From assembly GCA_032128395.1 (NCBI GenBank), contig JAQBGV010000194.1, positions 13,120 to 77,119 on the forward strand: a DNA stretch of 64,000 nucleotides, given 5' to 3'. Shown one piece after another: positions 11,022-19,375 of this stretch. How positions within the stretch are numbered: position 1 is the first letter of the stretch; each line of letters begins with the position of its first letter. The notes below the pieces were generated by a model. It had not been told where the DNA came from. It did not search any database and worked only from the letters and a program-made list of their open reading frames with translations. The translations under genes were made by a program, and so were the position numbers. Origin of the DNA: Planctomycetota bacterium. Its GTDB lineage: Bacteria > Planctomycetota > UBA8108 > UBA1146.

Positions 11022-12131
11022 ATGATGGGACGGCTGACCCCTGCAGCCGGGAGGCCACCCTTGCCCACACGCGTCTTCACCATCACCCCCGGGGGATTCG
11101 TCCCCGAGGATCTGGATGAGCCGGCGCGAATCCTCGCCGAGGGAGGGCTGGTCGGGATCCCCACCGAGACCGTGTACGGGATCGCAGCCCGGGCGGACGA
11201 TCCCGCCGCGATCGAGCGGCTGATCGAACTGAAGCAACGCCCCTCCTCGAAGCCGTTCAGCGTGCACATCGCGGACCCCGAGGACCTCACCCGGGTCATC
11301 GAAGAGATCCCCCCCGGAGCCCAGTCCCTGATGGACCACTTCTGGCCCGGTCCGCTGACGATCATCTTCCCGGGAGGCGACCGCGGGATCGGCATCCGTC
11401 TCCCCGCGCACCCGGTCGCGCGCGAGTTGATTCGTCGCAGCGGGGTCCAGATCGTGGCGCCGAGCGCGAACCCCATAGACCTGGAGCCCGCGATCGATGC
11501 TCAGGGAGTCCTGCGGTACTTCGAGGATCGGATCGACGCGGTGGTCGATGCCGGCCCCGTCACGATTCGTGAGGCATCGACCGTCGTGCGGCTCGAGTCG
11601 GACGGGCGGTTCGAGGTCCTCCGCGAGGGAATCATCACCTCTCGAATGGTCCACCGTGCACTCCGCGGGCGCGGGGTCCTGTTCGTCTGCACCGGGAACT
11701 CCTGCCGGAGCCCGATGGCGATGGCGCTCGCCCGCGAGTTGCTCTCGGCTCGACTCGGAGTTTCGATCGATGAGCTCCCGACTCGCGGATTTCAGATCGA
11801 GTCCGCGGGCATCGCCGCGTTCGGCGGGGGATGCGCCAGTTCGCAAGCAGTCGAGGTGATGTCGGAGCGGGGGATCGAGCTCGCCGGGCACCGTTCTCGC
11901 CCGGTCACGCGGGAGATGATCGAGCAGGCCGATCTGATCATCGCTCTCGGTCATGGGCATCGGGACCAGCTTCTCGCCTGGGATCCCTCGCTCGCCGACC
12001 GCGTGATGGTGATCTCCGAGACCGGAATCGCCGACCCGATCGGTGGCGACCTCGAAATCTACCGCCGCTGCGCCTTTGAGATCGAGCGAGAATTGGAAGC
12101 CCGCTGGATCGGGCGAATCGAGGAGCTATGA
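11022..12131 (+). CDS. TsaC/Sua5 (YrdC) threonylcarbamoyl-AMP synthase fused to a low-molecular-weight protein phosphatase
   Basis: N-terminal PTETVYGI, KQRP, FWPGPLT, APSAN. C-terminal VCTGNSCRS and IADPIGG. Confidence 0.9.
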   Translation: MMGRLTPAAGRPPLPTRVFTITPGGFVPEDLDEPARILAEGGLVGIPTETVYGIAARADDPAAIERLIELKQRPSSKPFSVHIADPEDLTRVIEEIPPGAQSLMDHFWPGPLTIIFPGGDRGIGIRLPAHPVARELIRRSGVQIVAPSANPIDLEPAIDAQGVLRYFEDRIDAVVDAGPVTIREASTVVRLESDGRFEVLREGIITSRMVHRALRGRGVLFVCTGNSCRSPMAMALARELLSARLGVSIDELPTRGFQIESAGIAAFGGGCASSQAVEVMSERGIELAGHRSRPVTREMIEQADLIIALGHGHRDQLLAWDPSLADRVMVISETGIADPIGGDLEIYRRCAFEIERELEARWIGRIEEL

Positions 12132-12562
12132 AGTCGCGCGCTTCGGTCGCTTCCGACCACGCCGGGATCGAGGGTCGGCGTGTCGCCGCCCGAATTCTCC
12201 GGGAACGTGGATACGACGTGGAGGAGATCGGCCCAGCCGAAGGAGAGTCCGTCGACTATCCGGACCTCGCACACCAAGTCGCCGAAAAGGTCGGGACGGG
12301 GGAGGCGGCGATCGGCGTACTCGTCTGCGGAACCGGCTTGGGGATGTCGATGGCGGCGAACCGGCATTCGGGGGTCCGCGCGGCGGTGATCACCGACCGA
12401 TTCACCGCGGAGATGTCTCGCGCCCACAACGACGCCAACATCGCCTGTTTCGGAGAGCGAGTGATCGGCGCGGACCAAATAGAAGTGCTGCTCCCGATCT
12501 TCTTGGATCGAGAGTTCGACGGCGAGCGACACCAAAGAAGAGTAGAGAAAATCGAGCCGTAG
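12128..12562 (+). CDS. rpiB: Ribose-5-phosphate isomerase B
   Basis: SDHAG, DYPD, CGTGLG, HNDAN and RHQRRV motifs. Confidence 0.95.
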   Translation: MKSRASVASDHAGIEGRRVAARILRERGYDVEEIGPAEGESVDYPDLAHQVAEKVGTGEAAIGVLVCGTGLGMSMAANRHSGVRAAVITDRFTAEMSRAHNDANIACFGERVIGADQIEVLLPIFLDREFDGERHQRRVEKIEP

Positions 12563-12568
12563 CCGGTG

Positions 12569-12885
12569 TCCCCAGCACAAAGATCCCCAGCACCAAGAGT
12601 GGGGAGGTGGTGCGTCTGTCGTGATGCGGAGTCGGGGCCGACCGGCGGCCACCCTACCGGGTCGTTGAGGATCGGACTCGGCTCCGCATCGCGGCAGACG
12701 GGCCGCCATCGCCGCTCCCCAGCACAAAGATCCCCAGCACAAAAGCTCCCAGCACCAAGAGTGGGGAGGGTGGTCCGTCTGTCGTGATGCGGAGTCGGGG
12801 CCGACCGGAGGCGACCCTACCGGGTCGTTGAGGATCGGACTCGGCTCCGCATCGCGGCAGACGGGCCGCCATCGCCGCTCCCCAC
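12569..12885. repeat. Tandem duplicated ~125-bp long-hairpin element with 15-bp TCCCCAGCACAAAGA-type repeats (REPIN/MITE-like or structured RNA)
   Basis: Near-identical copies at 12599-12721 and 12761-12885 (period 162 bp). 15-mers start at 12569, 12584, 12716, 12731 and 12746. Lies between convergent genes. Confidence 0.9.
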
Positions 12886-12889
12886 CTCC

Positions 12890-14710
12890 TTAGCCACCGT
12901 CCTCCACAGTGGGGTTCCAGAGGGGCTTGATCTGTGCCCGGCGCTCGAGCTCCACCCAGAATTGAGAAGCGATCGCCGTCCGCCGCCGATTGAGGACCCT
13001 CGACTCGAGCCCCTGGCGAACCGAGTTCCAGATCTTCATGTCGGGGTCCCCGAACCCCTGCAAGACCGCGACGTACACGCTCTGATCCCGGGGGAGCACC
13101 ACCGGCTCGGTGACGTCCCCGATCTCCTCGCAACCGGAGAACACCGCGCGGAGGAGTAGGGAGCCCGCGGCCAGCGGCTTGCCGTCGAGCAACAGCTCGC
13201 GGGACTCGTATTGGGAGAGGGGCTTCTCGGTCGAGTGGATCGTGTAGTTCTCCCCGTCCGCGAAGGTTTGCAGAGTCGTTTCGGGCTCGGCGCGGATCCT
13301 CTCGACCCAAGACCCGATGTACGCGGACGCCAGCTCCCGGGCCTTCTCGTTCTTCGCGTTCTCGGTGACCTGGACGATCGCCTCTTCGAAGGTCTGTGCG
13401 CGCGCCTCTTGCGCCCCACTGATCCGGTAGATGTAGCTTCCGGTCTGCACCGCGACCGTCTCGGTCCCCACCTGCCCGACGCTACCTGGGTCGAGCACGT
13501 TGAACATCCCGCTGAGCACGGGGTGGTTCACGAACTCCCGGGGGAGGGTGGTGATCTGCGATCTCTCGAACCACCCCGTGTCAGCGAAGATGATCTTGTC
13601 CATGTCCTCGGGGGTGAAGGAGTCCTCGAGCTTCCACTCCTCGCCGGAGGCGGCGAGTTCGCCGGCGCGAACGATCGCGGCCTCGAGGACCGCTTTCTCG
13701 CGCGCGATCGCGTCATCGTCACTCAACGACTTCTCCACGATCTCGAAGACTTCGATGAGGTTGCGATAGTCGTCCGCGGGATCGTAGTTCTCCGGCTTCA
13801 CCCAATCGGCAGCACGCGGCCTCTTGTAGCGTTGCTTGTCCCGCTCCCAGCGCGCCTGGAGAGCATCCGGGTCCGCCCGGAAATCAAGATCGTAGAACTT
13901 CTGGCGGTCGGCTCTCGCGATACGCAGACTCAGCGCCGCGTTCTTCCGGTAGGGGAACGGATTGTCGTCGTACACCGACCGGATGAATTCTTCGTCCATT
14001 TCGCCCGCCTCCTCGAGGAAGCGGTCGATCGGCACTTGCACGTAGTCGAAGCGGCGCCCGTGACGATCGGTGTAGAATTCGTCGTAGATCTCGCTCTCGG
14101 GGACGGCCGGGATCGTCGAAACGATCCGACCGAGCATCCCGACCCGAGCGATGGTGCGCACGGTATCCTCGAAATCGGCGACGCTCATCCGGAGTCCGAT
14201 CCGGCCCTCCGAGATCGCCTTGCGGTACTCGTCCTTGTTGAATCCGGCGCTCCCGCGCTCGGCGATGAATATCGACTGGTCCTGCTGGAAGTTGATGCCG
14301 GTGAACGTGGGCTTGTTGATCGCTCGCGCCCAGCTGATGACATCGAGTGCCGCAGAGCGGAGCGCCTCCTGCTCTTCCGCCTCCGAGAGTCGGAGGCCGA
14401 GGCGCTCGATCTCGTGGAGCTGCATGATGTATTCGAGAGCCTGCGGTTCCGTTGCCTTCGGCGGCCGGAAGTACGGGCCGTAGGACCGGGCCCCGTTCAC
14501 CATCGTCTGACGACCGCGCTCATCGCTCAGTTCGATGAACTTGGCTCGGGAGTAGTTGCTGCCGAAGATCTCGTACACCGCCTCGGCGTCGAGGCGTCCC
14601 TGGGTCAGGTACCAGGTCATGATCCCCGTGAACGCGAACGCAGGCGCGAGCACCAGGAGCAGAAGGGTCATGAGGACCTTCTCGTTGCGCTTGAAGAACC
14701 CGGCGGACAT
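12890..14710 (-). CDS. Membrane-anchored SurA/PpiD-like periplasmic chaperone
   Basis: N-terminal FFKRNEK plus TM helix, EIYDEFY...RRFDYV pattern, TFEEAIVQV...KARELA and VTEPV motifs typical of PpiD-like proteins. Similarity is weak. Confidence 0.6.
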   Translation of the reverse strand: MSAGFFKRNEKVLMTLLLLVLAPAFAFTGIMTWYLTQGRLDAEAVYEIFGSNYSRAKFIELSDERGRQTMVNGARSYGPYFRPPKATEPQALEYIMQLHEIERLGLRLSEAEEQEALRSAALDVISWARAINKPTFTGINFQQDQSIFIAERGSAGFNKDEYRKAISEGRIGLRMSVADFEDTVRTIARVGMLGRIVSTIPAVPESEIYDEFYTDRHGRRFDYVQVPIDRFLEEAGEMDEEFIRSVYDDNPFPYRKNAALSLRIARADRQKFYDLDFRADPDALQARWERDKQRYKRPRAADWVKPENYDPADDYRNLIEVFEIVEKSLSDDDAIAREKAVLEAAIVRAGELAASGEEWKLEDSFTPEDMDKIIFADTGWFERSQITTLPREFVNHPVLSGMFNVLDPGSVGQVGTETVAVQTGSYIYRISGAQEARAQTFEEAIVQVTENAKNEKARELASAYIGSWVERIRAEPETTLQTFADGENYTIHSTEKPLSQYESRELLLDGKPLAAGSLLLRAVFSGCEEIGDVTEPVVLPRDQSVYVAVLQGFGDPDMKIWNSVRQGLESRVLNRRRTAIASQFWVELERRAQIKPLWNPTVEDGG

Positions 14711-14729
14711 TTCATGCTCCTGTGTTCTT

Positions 14730-14884
14730 GGGGGCCTGGCAGGCACCCTCTCGTGTTATTGGGGGCCTGGCTCCCAGGCCCCTCTCACTCGCGGCAAAGC
14801 CGCTCGCGATTCACCCCAACGAGGCGAGCTCTGCTCGCGTGCTTGTCTTTGGGGGCCTGGCACCCAGGCCCCTCTCGCTCGCGG
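14730..14884. repeat. Cluster of REP-like palindromes GGGGGCCTGG-N3-CCAGGCCCCTCTC(G/A)CTCGCGG
   Basis: Full copies at 14761-14794 and 14851-14884, degenerate copy at 14730-14753, inverted copy at 28681-28713. Confidence 0.8.
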
Positions 14885-15064
14885 GGCGGCCATGAAGTCA
14901 AGCCGGTTGGAATCGGTAGCGTCGAGGCGTATGCGGGGCGGCTTGCCACTCCCTTGTCGTCGGAAACGCTACTTCACTCTCGCGAGGAGCTCCACATCGA
15001 AGACCAGGAGAGCCTCCGGTCGCTCCATCCACGGTGACGTGGCGGGTGGCCTCGGGGGTATGGA

Positions 15065-15493
15065 TCACGAGTTCTGGTCGATGCACTCGTTCGCGAGTGC
15101 ATCACAGCGCTCGTTTTCGGGGTGTCCCGTGTGGCCCTCGACCCAGCGCCAGGTCACGTTCCGACTCTCCGTCACGGAGACGAGCCGCTGCCACAGCTCC
15201 TGGTTCAGGACCGGCTTTCCGTCCGACTTCCGCCAGTTGCGGCGGAGCCAGCCGGCGACCCACTTCGTGATGCCATCGATCATGTAGCGGGAGTCCGACA
15301 CCACCACGGCCTCGACCCCTTCCGGGAGCGAAGCGATCGCCTCGATCGCTGCGGTGAGTTCCATCCGATTGTTCGTCGTTTCCGGGTCGAAGCCGGAGAG
15401 TTCGCGGGTCTTCCCGTCCTGTCGGACGAGCGCCCCCCACGCCCCTGGACCCGGATTTCCTCTGCACGCGCCGTCGGTATAGATCTCGATCAT
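15065..15493 (-). CDS. rnhA: Ribonuclease HI
   Basis: IYTDGACRGNPGPG, TTNNRMEL, SDSRY and WVEGHTGHPENERCD motifs. Confidence 0.97.
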   Translation of the reverse strand: MIEIYTDGACRGNPGPGAWGALVRQDGKTRELSGFDPETTNNRMELTAAIEAIASLPEGVEAVVVSDSRYMIDGITKWVAGWLRRNWRKSDGKPVLNQELWQRLVSVTESRNVTWRWVEGHTGHPENERCDALANECIDQNS

Positions 15494-17730
15494 CCGCGCC
15501 GGCTCTTTCGCCTCCGGGGCTTTCCGCGACGCGGCTGACCAGCCCCCGACTTCCCACTCGCTTCCCCCCCACTGGGGTGAAGGTGCTGAAGATAACGCAG
15601 ATCCACGGTCCGATGCAGGGGATCTGCGGCGGCGAGTCGGACCTCGATCGGGTCCCCGAGTCTGAAGATGCGGCCCGCATTGCGGCCCCGGAGCGCAAAT
15701 TGCGCCTCGCTGTAAAGATAGATGTCGTCCCTCAGGGTCCGGATGTGCACGAACCCATCGACGAGAATCTTGTCGATCCGGACGAAGAATCCGTTGTCGC
15801 GCACCGCGCTCACCACCCCGGTAAATCGCTCCCCGACGCGGTGGCGGAGCCACGAGATCGCCCGGAGCTTCGACATCTCCCGCTCCGCCATCTCCGCGTT
15901 GCGTTCCCCCGCGCTCGAATGCTCCGCCTGGGAGGCGAGGCCGGCCAGCTTCGCCTCCGCTTCCTCCGAGAGGACCTTCCGATCCCCGAAGAGGCCGGCG
16001 TCGAGAGCGCGGTGCACTTGAAGGTCGGGGTAGCGACGGATGGGAGAAGTGAAGTGGCAGTACTCATCGGTGGCCAGCGCGAAGTGGAGCGCCCGGCTCG
16101 CTGAGTACTCCGCCCGCGTCAGGGTGCGCAGCAGCGCGAGCTGGATCACCGTGGCGGCGGGCTCGTCCGCGATCGCCTCGACCAGGCGAGGGAAGTCGGA
16201 GGGACCGTCGATTCGAACCCCAGGTACCAGGACTCGGCAGAGTTTCAGGAAGTTCCGAACGTCCTCCTCGGCGGGTTCGTCGTGCGTGCGCCTGAGGATC
16301 GCGATGCCGCGATGCGACGCGGTCCGAGCCACCGCCTCGTTCGCCGCGAGCATGAACTCCTCGACCAAGTGGTGCGACCGATCGCGTGAACGAGTCTCGA
16401 TGTCGAGGACCTCGCCATCGTCATCGAGGCGCAGACGCATTTCCTCGAGGTCGAGGTCGAGTGCCCCGCGGGCGAGGCGACGGGCGTGGAGGAGTTCTCG
16501 GAGGCGGTCCATCGCTTTCAGAGCGGGGACGAACGATTTCTCGTCGGGGTCGGGGGGGGCACCGTCGAGGAGCTCCTGCGCTTCGGAATAGGAGAAGCGC
16601 CGTCGACTGCAGATCACCGCTCGCTCGATTTGTTCGCTGCGGACTCGTCCGTCCGGCCCGAAGTCGATCCAAGCGATCTTGACGGGTCGGTCCTCGTCGG
16701 GGCGGAGGGAACAGAGGTCGTTGGAGAGGCGCTCGGGGAGCATCGGAAAGGTCCGGCCGGGAAGGTAGGCGGATGTCGCGCGCCGGTACGCTTCCTTGTC
16801 GATGGGGTCGTTCGCCCGCACGAAATGGCTGACATCTGCGATCGCGACCGCAAGTCGAAACGCCCCCCCGGGGAGCTCCTCGATCGCGACTGCATCGTCG
16901 TGGTCCTTCGCATCGCTCGGGTCGATGGTGACGAAGGGCACATCGCGACGGTCGCTTCGACGCCCGATCTCCGCCTCGGTCAACAGACCGGGGATCGCGG
17001 CGGCCGCCTCGACGACCTCGGGGGGGAAATTCTCTTCGAGGCCGAACTCCGCCGCGACGAGCTGCAGATCCGCCTTCCAGGTCCCTTCCTCGAGGGCGAT
17101 CTCGACGACCTCACCCGGGGGGAGTCCGCCGATCGGACTTCCCTCGCGAAGGCGCGCGAGGACCCGCTCCCCGTCCGACGCGCCTCGCTCGAGCCCCGGA
17201 TCGATGTGCATCTCCCGGACGCTCTCGTGCCGGAGGGGCTCGACGACGCCGCCCCCTCCCTTCTTCGCCCAGAAGCGGCCGACGATCACCCGGGGACTGC
17301 GTTTCAGGACGTGAAGGATCCGCCCTTCACGACCTTTGGCGCTCTCGGGACGGTCGGGGCGAGGCTGCTTCCGGGGCTCGACGAGGACCATGTCACCGTG
17401 GTGAGCATCGGCGAGACGGGACGAGGCGATGAAAATGTCACCCAGGGGATCTTCGTCGGCCGGGCGGACGAAGCCGAAGCCCCGACGGTTGACGACCAGT
17501 GTCCCCACCACCCACCCCTCGCGACGGGGCGCGAACCACCCCCGGCCGGCGAGGTGGACGACGGCCCCCTCCTCCTCGAGCGAGTGGAGGAGTTCGGTGA
17601 AGTCGGGAATCTCACGTGAGTTCACACCGAGGGTCTCGGACAGAGCCCGTGCGGTGATCGATGAATACGAGGGACTCTTGAAGAACGCCCGAGCGGCCGT
17701 GGTCAGCTCCCGGCGGCGGTCATCATCCAT
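15490..17730 (-). CDS. rnr: Ribonuclease R
   Basis: Cold-shock domain GFGFV, RNB TIDPSDAKDHDDA, HFTSPIRRYPDL, C-terminal S1 domain and basic tail. Confidence 0.95.
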   Translation of the reverse strand: MDDDRRRELTTAARAFFKSPSYSSITARALSETLGVNSREIPDFTELLHSLEEEGAVVHLAGRGWFAPRREGWVVGTLVVNRRGFGFVRPADEDPLGDIFIASSRLADAHHGDMVLVEPRKQPRPDRPESAKGREGRILHVLKRSPRVIVGRFWAKKGGGGVVEPLRHESVREMHIDPGLERGASDGERVLARLREGSPIGGLPPGEVVEIALEEGTWKADLQLVAAEFGLEENFPPEVVEAAAAIPGLLTEAEIGRRSDRRDVPFVTIDPSDAKDHDDAVAIEELPGGAFRLAVAIADVSHFVRANDPIDKEAYRRATSAYLPGRTFPMLPERLSNDLCSLRPDEDRPVKIAWIDFGPDGRVRSEQIERAVICSRRRFSYSEAQELLDGAPPDPDEKSFVPALKAMDRLRELLHARRLARGALDLDLEEMRLRLDDDGEVLDIETRSRDRSHHLVEEFMLAANEAVARTASHRGIAILRRTHDEPAEEDVRNFLKLCRVLVPGVRIDGPSDFPRLVEAIADEPAATVIQLALLRTLTRAEYSASRALHFALATDEYCHFTSPIRRYPDLQVHRALDAGLFGDRKVLSEEAEAKLAGLASQAEHSSAGERNAEMAEREMSKLRAISWLRHRVGERFTGVVSAVRDNGFFVRIDKILVDGFVHIRTLRDDIYLYSEAQFALRGRNAGRIFRLGDPIEVRLAAADPLHRTVDLRYLQHLHPSGGEASGKSGAGQPRRGKPRRRKSRRG

Positions 17731-17900
17731 CCGTCCGTCCCCCCTACGATCCCCGTCCCGAAAAAGAGCGGAGCCGGAAGGGTCTCCCCCATCCGGCTCC
17801 GATACGCGACTGCGCACGCGCCATACGAGGCACGGACGACGCTCGCAGCTCCATCGCCCCAACGTTCAAAAACTCTTCCGAGGCTCCTCCATCGCAAGCG

Positions 17901-17966
17901 ATGAAACCGCAAGGTTTCATGCAAAAAGGCATCGCGATCGATCATTCAAATATTTTGAATGATCGA
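17901..17966. promoter_or_regulatory. Two adjacent AT-rich inverted repeats at the 3' end of pilC
   Basis: ATGAAACC-GCAA-GGTTTCAT (17901-17920) and TCGATCATTCAAA-TAT-TTTGAATGATCGA (17938-17966). Function unknown. Confidence 0.4.
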
Positions 17967-19178
17967 GAGCAACGGCATGAACAAGGCGATGACGATGAAG
18001 CCCACGCAAAGCCCCATGCCTACGATCAAGATCGGCTCGAGCAGACTCGACAGCGAGTCGACGAGCACGTCGACGTCGAGGTCGTAGTTGTCGGCGATCT
18101 TGTTGAGCATCTTGTCGAGCTCTCCCGTCTCCTCGCCGATGTCGATCATGTTGACCAGCAACGAGTCGAAGACCCCTGACTGCTGCAGCGGCCCGGCGAT
18201 CGTCTCGCCCTCGCGGATCGATCCGTGGACTTGCATGATCGCACTCGCGATCACCTTGTTCCCAACCGCCTCCTTGACGATGCTCAGCGCCTCGAGGATC
18301 GGCACGCCGGAGCTGATCAATGTTCCGAGGGTCCGGCAGAAGCGCGAGATCGTCGATTTGCGCACGATCGTGCCGAACACCGGGGCTCGCAATTTGAAAT
18401 GATCGAATGCGAGGCCCCCCTTCTCGCTGCTCGCGATCAACTTGACGAGGAACACCACCACGAAGACGATGATCGGCGCCATGTACCAATACGACTGAAC
18501 CGTCTCCGAGAAGGTCAGGAGCATCTGGGTGGGGCCCGGCAACGCGGTGTCCATGTCCTTGAACATGACTTGGAACTGCGGGATGACCTTGGTCATGATG
18601 AAGCCGAGGATCACGCTGGCGACGATGATGACCGCGATCGGGTAGATCATCGCCCCCTTCACCTTCTTGCGGAGCTTCAGCGACTTCTCCTGGAAGTCGG
18701 AGAGCCGCTGGAGGATCACGTCGAGCACCCCGCCCGCCTCGCCGGCCTTGACCATGGCGGTGTAGAGGGTGTCGAAAGAGCGGGGGTATTTCTCGAGCGC
18801 CTCGGAGAAGCTCGCTCCACCCTCGACATCCTCGGTGACCGCCTCGAGCTGAGAGCGGAACTTCCCGGTCTTCATCTGACCGGCGAGGATCTTGAGGGAG
18901 CGGACGATCGGAAGTCCCGCGTCCTGGAGGGTCGCCATCTGCTGGGTGAACTGCGTGACGTCCCCCTGGGAGACCCAGTCGAAGAGGGACAAGCCGCCCT
19001 TCTTCTTCACCTCGCCGCCAGCGGCGGGGGCGGCGGCCCCCTTCTTCTCCTGGAGCTTGGTGGGCTTGAGGCCCATCGTGCGGATCTTCTGCAGCGCTTC
19101 CTGCTTGGTGCTGGCCTCGATGGCCTTGCGCAGTTTGTTGCCGCGTCCATCGATGGCTTCGTAGGCAAAGACCGGCAT
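17946..19178 (-). CDS. pilC: Type IV pilus / T2SS inner-membrane platform protein (PilC/GspF family)
   Basis: MPVFAYEA start, AGEAGGVLD, YP motif, GEETGELD, LLEP and ALFMP. Confidence 0.94.
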   Translation of the reverse strand: MPVFAYEAIDGRGNKLRKAIEASTKQEALQKIRTMGLKPTKLQEKKGAAAPAAGGEVKKKGGLSLFDWVSQGDVTQFTQQMATLQDAGLPIVRSLKILAGQMKTGKFRSQLEAVTEDVEGGASFSEALEKYPRSFDTLYTAMVKAGEAGGVLDVILQRLSDFQEKSLKLRKKVKGAMIYPIAVIIVASVILGFIMTKVIPQFQVMFKDMDTALPGPTQMLLTFSETVQSYWYMAPIIVFVVVFLVKLIASSEKGGLAFDHFKLRAPVFGTIVRKSTISRFCRTLGTLISSGVPILEALSIVKEAVGNKVIASAIMQVHGSIREGETIAGPLQQSGVFDSLLVNMIDIGEETGELDKMLNKIADNYDLDVDVLVDSLSSLLEPILIVGMGLCVGFIVIALFMPLLSIIQNI

Positions 19179-19375
19179 CGTCGCTCCTTCAAACCGGGGA
19201 CCGGAGCCGCGAGGCCCCCAGGCCACTCGGTCCGGCGGGCCATGATAGCGCGCCACGTCCTGATCCGCGCTCTGTTTCCTCCGCGGGGGCTTCCGCTAGG
19301 CCCCCCTTGCCGCCTTCGGCTCGGGTTTCTCGAAAGGGCTCTCGGGGAGCCCGCGATCGTTCGCCTTTGGGTCCG

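Noticed and set aside
12569-12885. Possible CRISPR array
   Set aside because: The intervening sequences are near-identical 120-bp hairpins rather than unique spacers, and there are no cas genes.
14890-15064. Small ORFs between the REP cluster and rnhA
   Set aside because: No recognisable motifs or convincing start/RBS.
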